Below, piece after piece: positions 28,135 to 37,351 of a DNA stretch of 64,000 nucleotides. The notes under the pieces are model-generated. The model had not been told where the DNA came from, did no database searches, and worked only from the letters and a program-made list of their open reading frames with translations. Position 1 is the stretch's first letter, and each line of letters opens with the position of its first letter. Position numbers and translations under genes: made by a program. Origin of the DNA: Thermoanaerobaculia bacterium (lineage in GTDB: Bacteria; Acidobacteriota; Thermoanaerobaculia; Gp7-AA8); assembly GCA_038244815.1 (NCBI GenBank), contig JBBRTB010000011.1, positions 37,050-101,049 of the forward strand, given 5' to 3'.

Positions 28135-28635
28135 TCAACTCGAGGGCAACTGTTTCTGATGGTGCTGGATGTGCCGCGCGCACACCAGGAGAGCGTCGCG
28201 CATGTTCATCCGTCCGAAGTAGGCGTGAGTGAAGTGCGAGCTCTCACTCACGGCGACCGCCGCGGTGAATGCGGCGGCACGATCGCGAAAGCGGGCGATG
28301 GCTGCCGCCTGATCGAGATCCGTGCGCGCCGGCCTGACCTCGCGCGGCGCCGGCGCCCCTTGCGGAAAGATGCCTCGACCGAGCAGCGTACGCATCACCG
28401 TCCACCGCAGATAGAGCCGCTGCCACCATTTCGTGCGTATGGCCATGCCCGCGCCGCCGGCAAGCTCCCGGAGGGCCACGTCGTAGGTGAGGCTCAGGTG
28501 CTCCAGCACATCCGCCGGCGCCCACTTGCTGCCGGCGCGAACGACCAGCCATTTCTCCGCGGGAACCTTCCCGGCCACCGACGACAGCTCGGCCGCGGCG
28601 TCGGCATGGAGTTGCTGGGCCTCGCTCCAGTTCAT
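28135..28635 (-). CDS. DinB-like protein
   Basis: W...VLEHL, HAYFG, H..HH.KQL. Confidence 0.8.
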   Translation of the reverse strand: MNWSEAQQLHADAAAELSSVAGKVPAEKWLVVRAGSKWAPADVLEHLSLTYDVALRELAGGAGMAIRTKWWQRLYLRWTVMRTLLGRGIFPQGAPAPREVRPARTDLDQAAAIARFRDRAAAFTAAVAVSESSHFTHAYFGRMNMRDALLVCARHIQHHQKQLPSS

Positions 28636-28671
28636 GGCCGGCGATCATATCTTTGATAGAGTCGCGGGCCG

Positions 28672-29733
28672 ATGGCGTCCGTCACCTTCCTTCACGTAGC
28701 CAAGCGTTTTGGCAGCGTTTCGGTCATCGAAGACATGAACCTCGCCGTCGAGGATCACGAGTTCATGGTGCTGGTCGGACCATCGGGATGCGGGAAGTCG
28801 ACGGCGCTGCGGATGATCGCCGGGCTGGAGGAGATTTCGGAAGGCGAGATCAGGATCGGCGACCGCGTGGTCAACGATCTGCAGCCGAAGGACCGCGATA
28901 CGGCCATGGTCTTTCAGAACTATGCGCTTTATCCGCACATGAGCGTGCGCGAGAACATCGAGTTCGGCCTGCGCATGCGCAAGACTCCCCGCCCGGAGAT
29001 GGACCGCCGCGTCAAACAGGCCGCCGAGATCCTGGGCATCGACCCTCTGTTCGATCGCAAGCCGAAACAGCTCTCGGGCGGGCAGCGCCAGCGAGTGGCC
29101 GTGGCCCGGGCCATCGTGCGCAACCCGGCGGTATTCCTGTTCGACGAGCCGCTCTCGAACCTCGACGCCAAAATGCGCGGGCAGATGCGCGCGGAGATCA
29201 CGAAACTGCAGCAGCGGCTGGCCACCACGTCGGTCTACGTCACGCACGACCAGATCGAGGCGATGACGATGGGACACCGGATCGCCGTGATGCGGGAAGG
29301 GAAGATCCAGCAGGTGGGGACACCGCTGGAGGTCTACGATAAACCGGCCAACGTCTTCGTCGCCCAGTTCATCGGCACGCCGCCGATGAATTTCTTCGAC
29401 GCCGTGATGAGCGGAGGCACGCTACGCGCCGCGGGGTTCACGCTGCCGGCCCCGCCCGGCGCGAGCGAAGGCGCTGTGCGCGTGGGCATCCGCCCGGAGA
29501 ACATCCTGGAGCCGTCCACCCCGGCGCGCGGCAGGACGGCCACGGTGCACGGCATCGTCGACATGGTCGAACCCATCGGACACGAGGCGGTCGTGCACAC
29601 CCGGGTCGGTGAGGGCACGCTGGTCTCTTCGTTCGATGCGCACAACACGCCGCGACTGGGCGACGCCGTCGATCTGGTCATCGAGCTCGACGGTCTGCAT
29701 CTCTTCGATGCGACCACCGAGCAGCGGCTCTGA
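28672..29733 (+). CDS. Sugar ABC transporter ATP-binding protein (MalK/UgpC family)
   Basis: GPSGCGKST, VFQNYALYPHM, LSGGQRQR, DEPLSNLD, YVTHDQ. Confidence 0.95.
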   Translation: MASVTFLHVAKRFGSVSVIEDMNLAVEDHEFMVLVGPSGCGKSTALRMIAGLEEISEGEIRIGDRVVNDLQPKDRDTAMVFQNYALYPHMSVRENIEFGLRMRKTPRPEMDRRVKQAAEILGIDPLFDRKPKQLSGGQRQRVAVARAIVRNPAVFLFDEPLSNLDAKMRGQMRAEITKLQQRLATTSVYVTHDQIEAMTMGHRIAVMREGKIQQVGTPLEVYDKPANVFVAQFIGTPPMNFFDAVMSGGTLRAAGFTLPAPPGASEGAVRVGIRPENILEPSTPARGRTATVHGIVDMVEPIGHEAVVHTRVGEGTLVSSFDAHNTPRLGDAVDLVIELDGLHLFDATTEQRL

Positions 29734-29755
29734 TCCGAGGCCCGAGGCCCGAGCC

Positions 29756-30280
29756 TCAGCGGTGGCCCTCTTCCGCGCCCGGCGGCGCCTGGCCATATAC
29801 GTGACGATCGTGAATGACGAGATCGAATGGCTTGATGGCCGGATTCTCGCGATACCCGCGGTGCACGGCCTGGCACTCATAGCAGACGATCACGTTCTTC
29901 ACAAAGCGCCAGACCACGTAGTCGAGCACGGTCACACCGATGAGCGGCCAGATCGTCCAGGGGACGAACGCCGCGCCGGCCACGACGAGCGCGATTCCGG
30001 TGGCGCGGTTGAAGTCCTTCTGGAAGTAGAGCTCCTCGTGACCGCACGCCGCACAGCTCGAGATCACCGCTTCGGCGGAAGGAGCGCTGACCGTCGAGGC
30101 AGCACCGCAGTAGTGGCACGGGCGTGCCTCCCCGTCGCGTGAGAGACGGCGACCGCAGTGAGGACAGAGGAAGTTGACCGTGGCGATAACAGCAGGCCTC
30201 GGGCCTCGGGCCTCGGGCCTCGGGTTAACCCTGGAGGGCGGGTCCGAGGCCTGAGGCCCGAGGCCTGAGGCCTCGTTCAC
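29756..30280 (-). CDS. Membrane protein with four CxxC motifs (double zinc ribbon-like)
   Basis: CPHC, CHYC, CAAC, CYEC plus two TM segments; GTG 30280 overlaps the efp stop, but the true start may be downstream of the repeats. Confidence 0.7.
   Translation of the reverse strand: MNEASGLGPQASDPPSRVNPRPEARGPRPAVIATVNFLCPHCGRRLSRDGEARPCHYCGAASTVSAPSAEAVISSCAACGHEELYFQKDFNRATGIALVVAGAAFVPWTIWPLIGVTVLDYVVWRFVKNVIVCYECQAVHRGYRENPAIKPFDLVIHDRHVYGQAPPGAEEGHR
30195..30273. repeat. Heptamer hairpin
   Basis: (GGCCTCG)4 ... (C/TGAGGCC)4. Confidence 0.9.
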
Positions 30281-30834
30281 TTCGCCCGCTCCAGATAGCG
30301 GTTGTCGGTCGGATCGACGATGATCTCTTCGCCGTCGGTCACGAACGGGGGGACCTGCACGACCACCCCGTTTTCGAGCGTGGCCGGTTTGTACGATGCG
30401 GAAGCGGTGGCGCCTTTCACCATCGGCTCGGTGGTCTTGATCTTCGCTTTGAGCGTCTTCGGCAGCTCGATGCCGATCGGCCGCGTATCGTGAAACTGCA
30501 CCTGCAGCTTGAGTCCGGCCGCCAGCCACGACGCGGCATCACCGAGATCGTCCTCGCTGATCTCCACCTGCTCGTAGTTCTCGGTGTTCATGAAGTGGTG
30601 GGCCTGCCCGTCGGAGTAGAGGTATTCCATCTCGTGCTGGGTGATGTAGGCAGGCTCGATTGGGTCCTGTGACCTGAAGCGATGCTCGAACTGGTTGCCT
30701 GTCCGAAGATTGCGCAGTTTAGCCTGCACCATCGCCCGGAGATTGCCGGGGGTGTGGTGGCGGAACTCCATCACCCGGCAGAGGTCTCCGTTGAACATGA
30801 TCACGATGCCTTTGCGAATATCGTTGGCCTGCAT
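30277..30834 (-). CDS. efp: Elongation factor P
   Basis: ANDIRKG, KLRNLRTG, EYLYSDG..HFMNTENYEQ, KGATA..KPATLENG..VPPFV..GE.I.VD..YLER. Confidence 0.95.
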   Translation of the reverse strand: MQANDIRKGIVIMFNGDLCRVMEFRHHTPGNLRAMVQAKLRNLRTGNQFEHRFRSQDPIEPAYITQHEMEYLYSDGQAHHFMNTENYEQVEISEDDLGDAASWLAAGLKLQVQFHDTRPIGIELPKTLKAKIKTTEPMVKGATASASYKPATLENGVVVQVPPFVTDGEEIIVDPTDNRYLERAK

Positions 30835-30911
30835 GAAGCGGTGGATCCTTTCAGTTAGACTCTCGTGTCCTTGATGGCGCGCGCATTCTAGCTGCGGCGC
30901 GGGAGAATCGC

Positions 30912-32048
30912 ATGCGTAAATTGCTTGTAGCCGTCGCCTTGGCGGTTGTTGGCTGCCAGGCCGGCCGCGAATCGCAAACGGCGCGTCAGAGCGCCGAAAT
31001 TCCAATCGGTGTGTACGCGGCGCTCACCGGGCCGGAGGCAGCGTTCGGGACGGCCACGGTGCAGGGCGAGCAGCTCGCCGCCGATCAGATCAACGCCGCC
31101 GGCGGAATCCTCGGCCGCAAGGTCCACCTCTACATCGAGGACGACCAGGGCAAAGCGGAGGAAGCGGCCTCGGTGGTGACGAAGCTCATCACCAGCAACA
31201 GCGTCGTGGCTATCCTCGGAGAGAACTCGTCCAATCAGTCCCTGGCCGCGGCGCCGATCTGCCAGTCCAGCAGGATCCCCATGATTTCCCCGTCGTCGAC
31301 GAATCCGGCCGTCACGCAGAAGGGCGACTTCATCTTCCGCGTCTGCTTCACCGACCCCTATCAGGGCAAGGCGCTGGCCTCGTTCGTTCACGACAATCTG
31401 CACGCAAAAACGGCCGGCGTTCTCGTCGACCGGAAGAACGACTACTCCGTCGGCCTGGCCGAGTTCTTCACGAAGGAATTCACAGCCATGGGCGGCAAGG
31501 TCGTGGCCGAACAGAGCTACTCAGGAGGCGATACCGAGTTCCGCCCTCAGCTCACCACGATCAAAGCGGCCCGGCCGGATGTCTTGTTCCTTCCCGGTTT
31601 CTACACCGACGTCGGCCAGATCGCCATCCAGGCGCGCGACTCCGGCATCACCGTGCCGTTCGTCGGCGGTGACGGATGGGATTCACCGACGGTCATTCAG
31701 ATCGGCGGCAAATCCGTCGACAACTCGTACTTTTCCGATCACTACTTCGTCGGTGACCCACGGCCGGTGGTTCAGAAGTTCGTCACCGAGATCCGCAAGC
31801 GCTCCGGCAGGAACCCCGAGGCCAATGCGGCCCTCGGTTATGACGCCATGCAGATCCTGGCGGCGGCCATCCGCAAGGCCGGATCGCTGGACGGTCAGAA
31901 GGTCCGCGATGCCATCGCTTCGACGAGCGACTACCAGGGTGTATCCGGCACGATCACGATGGGTCCGACACGCGATCCCATCAAGCCCGTGGCCATCATC
32001 CGGATCGAGAACGGTCAGATGACCTTCGCGGCGTGGGTGAAACCGTAG
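30912..32048 (+). CDS. Branched-chain amino acid ABC substrate-binding lipoprotein (LivK/BraC-like)
   Basis: VVGC lipobox; ALTGPEAAFG, INAAGGILG, EDDQG, FRVCFTD, GGDGWD, GYDA. Confidence 0.92.
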   Translation: MRKLLVAVALAVVGCQAGRESQTARQSAEIPIGVYAALTGPEAAFGTATVQGEQLAADQINAAGGILGRKVHLYIEDDQGKAEEAASVVTKLITSNSVVAILGENSSNQSLAAAPICQSSRIPMISPSSTNPAVTQKGDFIFRVCFTDPYQGKALASFVHDNLHAKTAGVLVDRKNDYSVGLAEFFTKEFTAMGGKVVAEQSYSGGDTEFRPQLTTIKAARPDVLFLPGFYTDVGQIAIQARDSGITVPFVGGDGWDSPTVIQIGGKSVDNSYFSDHYFVGDPRPVVQKFVTEIRKRSGRNPEANAALGYDAMQILAAAIRKAGSLDGQKVRDAIASTSDYQGVSGTITMGPTRDPIKPVAIIRIENGQMTFAAWVKP

Positions 32049-32080
32049 AAACCGCTATCATTCGCCGAAAAGGAGAAACC

Positions 32081-32509
32081 ATGAGATTGCGTACCCTTGC
32101 GCTCTGTACTCTCGTGCTCGCGCTGACCACCCCGCTGCTCGCGGCCGAGGCCAGGAGTCCCATGAAGGCCGGCAAATGGCAGATCACCATCACCATGGAC
32201 ATGCCGAACATCCCGATGAAGTTGCCGCCGGTGACCATCACCAAGTGCGTGACCGAGGAGCAGGCCGAACGCCCCGAGCCGCCAAAGGGAAGCAAGGGCG
32301 ACGACTGCAAGATCAGCGACTACAACCTCAGCGGCAACACGGTGACGTGGAAAGTGGTTTGCGAGAAAGAGAACACGACCGGCGAGGGGAAGATCACCTT
32401 CAGCTCCGAGTCGTACGACGGCGAGGCCCACATGAAAATGGGCGAGATAGAGATGACGCAGAAGTTCGCTGGGAAGTATCTCGGTGCCTGTGACGGCAGC
32501 GAAAAGTAG
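32081..32509 (+). CDS. Exported DUF3617-like protein
   Basis: AAGGAG RBS, signal peptide, KAGKWQIT, four Cys, KYLGAC. Confidence 0.75.
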   Translation: MRLRTLALCTLVLALTTPLLAAEARSPMKAGKWQITITMDMPNIPMKLPPVTITKCVTEEQAERPEPPKGSKGDDCKISDYNLSGNTVTWKVVCEKENTTGEGKITFSSESYDGEAHMKMGEIEMTQKFAGKYLGACDGSEK

Positions 32510-32520
32510 AGTGCTGCTTC

Positions 32521-35500
32521 CTACGGCATCCAGAAATCTCTTCCGTACAATCGATAGAGCATGGCTCCGTCTACGCTCTTCACGTATTCGTCCCAGGCAT
32601 CGAGCTGCTTGTCCGGGCCGATCACGAAGTAGATGCCGTCCGGCACGTCCGCAGCTTTGACGTTGTAGCCGGGGATGAACCGGCCGTACACGGCGTCCTT
32701 TCGGTCGAACAGCTCGTTGCCGAGGTTCGGATCCTTGCGCAGCTCGAGAATGGATTGGCGGAACGCGCGCACTTCCTCGGGCGGCTGGTTGTCGGCGAGA
32801 TCGGCGGCCATTCCTTCCGCGCGGTTCTCGTACGTAGCGGCCGAGCGGAACTCGCCGAACACCTGTGCCACGGCGTAGTCGGCGAGCTTCGGATCGCGCG
32901 GCGCGGACTTCAGCTCGTTGACCACGAAGCGGACGGTCTGCGGCAGCTCGGGCGTGCGTTCGGCGTAGTAACCCATGCGGCCGGAGGCGACCGAGGCCCG
33001 CAGGCCGTTGGAGTAGGCCAGGCCTGCGCCGATCGTCTTGAGGAAGATGCCGTGTGCGCCGTAGCCGGCGTGCAACCGCGAGGCGAGAAAATCGAGTTGC
33101 TTCTGGCGATCGTTCACATCGGAGTACTGCACGCCGGGCACGGACGTGAGGATCACGCCGCCCTTCATATTCGGAGCGAGAAGACCGACGTAAACGGGAT
33201 TGATGGCAGTGGGATCACGCTGCAGCAGCCGCGAGTCGATGAGCGGCCGCGTCGATCCAGCGGGTGATTGCAGACGGGCCTGGCTGCCGGCGGGGAGAAG
33301 ACCCGCGGCGACACTTTTCACCCGTGGCATGACCGCGTCTTCGAGCGCGGTCGATCCCACCATGTACATCCTTGCGCCGGTGCTGGAGAGAATCGAGCGG
33401 CGGACCTCGTCGAGTCTGGCCAGTGCATCCGCGGCCGGAGTGAGCAGATCGTCGCGCATGGCGCCGCACAGATAAGCGAAATCCATGGACAGGCTGCTGT
33501 CGGGAATGTTGATCAGCTCGAGATCGAGATCCTTGAGCGCGTCCTGCGCAATCGGCGCCGCGGTCGCGGAGAGATTGTCGGGAGTCTTCGCCAGAAGGGC
33601 CTGGAGATCGGTGCGATTCATCGCTTTGCCGCTGTCCGCCAGTTGATTGAAGAACGACACCAGCGCGGCGGCGTCGCCGGGCGCCGGTTCCTTCAGCAGC
33701 CATCGCAGGCGCAAAGCGTTGTGCTCGCGCGTGAGGAAGGAGTCCGCGGCCAGAAACGGGGCATTGAACTGCATGCGATAGGCGGTGGCGGGATTGCCGA
33801 CCCATGATTCCTCGGATCCGGACGTGGTGTTGCGCAGAGAGCTGAGGGACTGATCGACCACGTCGCGGATCCGCGAGAGGTTTTCCGGCCGCCAGTCGGG
33901 ATGGATGAGCACGAGGTTCATCCATTCGATGGCGCGGTTCATCTCCGCCTCACCGATTCCCGAGCCACGCACCACCAGCTCCACGCGCCCGGTCCGCGCG
34001 TTCGTGGAGAAAACCGACTGGAGCGCCAGGATCTCCTTGCGCATACGCTCGGTCATCTCGTCGTACGACACGGGCTTGCCGTCTTCGATGACGCCCACGC
34101 GCGTGAGCAGCGCCGGCAGCAGCGAGACGTAGCGAAGGCCTTCGCGAGGAACGCCGTCGAGTCGCAAAGCCAGACCGAGCATGCCGCTGGTCATATTGTC
34201 GAACTGCGAGACCACCAGCGGCACGCCGCCATCGAGCGAGCGGGCGTCGTAGTACAGCCGGTCGTCGAGCGTCATCGGCGGCGACTTCGTGAACTCGGGA
34301 GGCGTAATCTTCTTCGCTTGCTCTTCGATCTGACTGGTGGCCTTGTCGTACTCGGCGTGATAGCGCTTGATGGCCTCCTGCTCGTTGGCCAGTCCGTACG
34401 TCGTCGACAGCCGCGCCGCTTCGGCGTTGGCGCGGGCGATGCGCTCGGACTCCTCGCGCTGCAGCAGGGCAGGACTGGGGCGCGCCGCGACCGCGTACGG
34501 CATGCGATCGGTGATGTGCCACTTCGCCAGGTACGAGCCCCAGAAGTTCTTCTTCGTGGCCAGCAGTTTCTCCACGAGCTCGATCTGCGGCTTGAGCGTG
34601 ACGGAGCGCTTGAACGTGCCGGTCTTCTCGAGATCGAACAGCTGGTCGGCCCAGGCCGAGCCGCTGTTGCGGAAGCCGAAGCCGGGCGGCGTGTTCACGA
34701 ACTTCGCCAGATCGCGTTTGAGCTCGACGATGCGGCTGGCCACCCGATCGTTGAATTCCTTCAGCTCCGGTGAGCCGTCCGGAAGGGCGGCGATGCGTTT
34801 GATCTCGTCGACGATGATGCCGCGCACCGCCGCCAGTTTCTCGTCGGTGAAGTTCGCCGGCGCCACGTCCGCCAGCACGATGTAGATGGGATCGCCGCCG
34901 ACGTCGCTGACCTTGTTGAAGATCTGCTTCGCGCCGATGTCCATCCTGCGGGTCTTGCTGTCGATGAACAGCTTGTACAGGTTCGTCGTCGGATCGCCGG
35001 CGACATTGTCGAAGAACAGCCCGGCCAGCACTTCGTCGTTGGCGTCGAGATCGCGTTCAGCCTGCCACCACACTCCCATCGGACTCGGCTGCTGGTCGTT
35101 GCGATTGGGGTACTCACCGTACGCGATCGTTCCCGCTGCCGCCGGCTCCGGCTTCGGCAGTTTGTCGAGCGACTGGCCAGGCCTCGGCGTCCGGTCATCG
35201 CGCCGCGGTTCCACGTTGTCGAGAATGGCGCCGGTTCTCGTGAGGATCGTCTCGACCGGCACGCTCTTCGGGAACGCCACAATCGTTCCCATGTTGGCGA
35301 GGTAGTAGTTGTCCTTGTGGAAGGCCCGGATGTCCTGCGGCTTCATGGTTCGGATTCCAGATGGCTCGCCGCCGGAGTTGTACGAGAGAGGATGGTGATT
35401 GCCGTAGACGAGATGGTTCGCGGCTCGAAAGAGCACACGGTACGGATTGCCGCTGGAGCTGGTCATCTCGTTGTAGACGCTGCCCTTCTCCTCGAGCCGC

Positions 35501-36033
35501 AACGTGTGATCGGGGTTTTCGGTGACGCCGAAGTTGCGCACCTCGCGCCGGATCTCCTCGTCGGTGTAGTTCGGATGCAGGAGGGCGTCGAGCTGGCGCG
35601 CGTACAGATTGAAGAAGACGTCGGGACCGGCGGCGGTGTTGAACGGGTAGTTCGTCCGCCACTGCTGTGTGAACGCCGTCGAGCCCGACAGCCACATCGT
35701 GTCCAGGCTGGCGAACGATCGCCCCTTCGTTCCCTTTCCCAGGAGCAGGTGCTCCTGCGTGTGCGGCTCGCCCTGGTCGGAGACGGGAATGCTGTGGACC
35801 CACGTGTACCCCTGCGGTACAGACTCGATCTGCAGCAGATCGAGCGTGAAACCGCTGCGGCGATGGACGAAGCGCGCGCCCATGGGCTGATCGGTATCGT
35901 TGAGGTAGACGGCAGCGACGCGGAAGCCGTCGACGACTTCGTCTTTCTTCAGCTTGTCGAGTCGGATGATTTCAGCGGCAGAGACGGTCATCGCGCAGAT
36001 CGACAGGCACAGCATCGCAACGGCAGTGCGCAT
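32521..36033 (-). CDS. Exported M16 (PreP/M16C-like) zinc metallopeptidase
   Basis: Signal peptide, inverted zinc motif HTQEH, KGSVYNEM, NSGGEP, GAGLAYS. Confidence 0.8.
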   Translation of the reverse strand: MRTAVAMLCLSICAMTVSAAEIIRLDKLKKDEVVDGFRVAAVYLNDTDQPMGARFVHRRSGFTLDLLQIESVPQGYTWVHSIPVSDQGEPHTQEHLLLGKGTKGRSFASLDTMWLSGSTAFTQQWRTNYPFNTAAGPDVFFNLYARQLDALLHPNYTDEEIRREVRNFGVTENPDHTLRLEEKGSVYNEMTSSSGNPYRVLFRAANHLVYGNHHPLSYNSGGEPSGIRTMKPQDIRAFHKDNYYLANMGTIVAFPKSVPVETILTRTGAILDNVEPRRDDRTPRPGQSLDKLPKPEPAAAGTIAYGEYPNRNDQQPSPMGVWWQAERDLDANDEVLAGLFFDNVAGDPTTNLYKLFIDSKTRRMDIGAKQIFNKVSDVGGDPIYIVLADVAPANFTDEKLAAVRGIIVDEIKRIAALPDGSPELKEFNDRVASRIVELKRDLAKFVNTPPGFGFRNSGSAWADQLFDLEKTGTFKRSVTLKPQIELVEKLLATKKNFWGSYLAKWHITDRMPYAVAARPSPALLQREESERIARANAEAARLSTTYGLANEQEAIKRYHAEYDKATSQIEEQAKKITPPEFTKSPPMTLDDRLYYDARSLDGGVPLVVSQFDNMTSGMLGLALRLDGVPREGLRYVSLLPALLTRVGVIEDGKPVSYDEMTERMRKEILALQSVFSTNARTGRVELVVRGSGIGEAEMNRAIEWMNLVLIHPDWRPENLSRIRDVVDQSLSSLRNTTSGSEESWVGNPATAYRMQFNAPFLAADSFLTREHNALRLRWLLKEPAPGDAAALVSFFNQLADSGKAMNRTDLQALLAKTPDNLSATAAPIAQDALKDLDLELINIPDSSLSMDFAYLCGAMRDDLLTPAADALARLDEVRRSILSSTGARMYMVGSTALEDAVMPRVKSVAAGLLPAGSQARLQSPAGSTRPLIDSRLLQRDPTAINPVYVGLLAPNMKGGVILTSVPGVQYSDVNDRQKQLDFLASRLHAGYGAHGIFLKTIGAGLAYSNGLRASVASGRMGYYAERTPELPQTVRFVVNELKSAPRDPKLADYAVAQVFGEFRSAATYENRAEGMAADLADNQPPEEVRAFRQSILELRKDPNLGNELFDRKDAVYGRFIPGYNVKAADVPDGIYFVIGPDKQLDAWDEYVKSVDGAMLYRLYGRDFWMP

Positions 36034-36079
36034 CAGGATCCTCCACGGAGGAGGATTGTATGTTCAGGCTGGCGATCCG

Positions 36080-36559
36080 TCATTCGGGATTCGCGCCTGG
36101 GCCGGAGTTGCCCACCTTCGAATCCCGAATTCCGAACCAGACCTGCGCCGCCATCAGCAGCATGCCGAGGTCGCGGAAGATGTCCAGTCGCATGTCGCCC
36201 AGCCGCTGTTCGATGGTCCGGTTGGCGAGACTGACGTTGAAGCAGCCGCAGTCGATGGCGTTGCCACGCGCGAGATTCACCGAGATGGCGGCGATGAATA
36301 CGACCAGCAGAATGGTGATGATGCCGAGGGCCGCCTTGCGCCACACGCCGATCACGAGGGCCAGGCCGCACAGAAGCTCAATCCACGGCATCACCAGAGA
36401 GCTGATGTTGATGAGTCCCGCCGGCAACAGCCGGTAGTTGTAGATCATGTGCGCGAACGACGGCGGGTCCACGATCTTCGGCACCGACGCGAAGATGAAG
36501 ATCGCACCGAGGGCGAGCTGCACGCGGATCGTCAGCCAGGGATGGGTGAGGATCTTCAA
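36080..36559 (-). CDS. MauE/DoxX family membrane protein
   Basis: GAIFIFASVPKIVDP, PWIELLCG, IDCGCF; TTG start overlaps the upstream TGA. Confidence 0.88.
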   Translation of the reverse strand: MKILTHPWLTIRVQLALGAIFIFASVPKIVDPPSFAHMIYNYRLLPAGLINISSLVMPWIELLCGLALVIGVWRKAALGIITILLVVFIAAISVNLARGNAIDCGCFNVSLANRTIEQRLGDMRLDIFRDLGMLLMAAQVWFGIRDSKVGNSGPGANPE

Positions 36560-37287
36560 GGCTTGCTTCCCTTGTGAATCGCGCCGCCGCGCTTCTGCCA
36601 GTCCGGGAATCCGTCCTTGTACACGTAGACGTTGTTGAACTGGATGCCCCAGAGCTTCTGCGCGAGCATGTGCGAGTCTTCGCAGTCGCCGCCCGAACAA
36701 TAGATGAGGATCGGCTTCAACTGCTCGCGGGGGTCACTCCGCTCTTCGTAGAGTTTGTTGACTTTCTCGTCGATGTCGGATTCCCAGACCGGGAACGGAC
36801 GCGCGCCGGCGATGTGGCCGTCTTCGTAGATCGACGTGCGGCGTGCGTCGAGTGTCAGTGCGCCCTGGGCGTGCAGCGCGGCCGCGTCGTCGCCGTCGAC
36901 TTCGATGTACGGCTTGTCCGGATGGGGAGCGAATTCTCGCTGCGGTTTTGTTTGCGGCTTCGTCACCTCGGTGTGGGACGGCGGCGGCGCCGTCACGATC
37001 TTCGGCGGCTCCGGCTTCTGCGGCTCGGCCAGCGCCGGGACGGCGACCTCGGCGGCGCTCGACGTCGTGACGGTTGTGGTGGTGGTCGCGGTGGTGGCGG
37101 CAGCGGGCGGCACGACAGGCGAGGGCGCAGGTCCTTCATTCGAAACGTGCATCGGCACCTGCGTCGCGCCCGGGTAATACCCGGGAAGAACGAGTCTGCG
37201 GTCGCGCGAGGCGAAGGCGTTGGCGGCGATCGCCAGCACGAAAGCAGCGGCGACTAGGAGGACGGCCTGGATCAGCGGCTTCTTCAT
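36556..37287 (-). CDS. Membrane-anchored rhodanese-like protein
   Basis: LDAR..YEDGHIAGA, IYCSGGDC, YKDGFPDW; Thr/Pro-rich linker. Confidence 0.88.
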   Translation of the reverse strand: MKKPLIQAVLLVAAAFVLAIAANAFASRDRRLVLPGYYPGATQVPMHVSNEGPAPSPVVPPAAATTATTTTTVTTSSAAEVAVPALAEPQKPEPPKIVTAPPPSHTEVTKPQTKPQREFAPHPDKPYIEVDGDDAAALHAQGALTLDARRTSIYEDGHIAGARPFPVWESDIDEKVNKLYEERSDPREQLKPILIYCSGGDCEDSHMLAQKLWGIQFNNVYVYKDGFPDWQKRGGAIHKGSKP

Positions 37288-37351
37288 GTCTGTCTTGTGA
37301 CGTCTCGTGGCGTGAACGCGTTTCGCGGCTAGGGTAGGCGACAATACGGAT

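Noticed and set aside
28672-32048. Orphan MalK-like and LivK-like genes as a novel transporter
   Set aside because: Stand-alone shared ATPases and binding proteins are common, and the two belong to different ABC families
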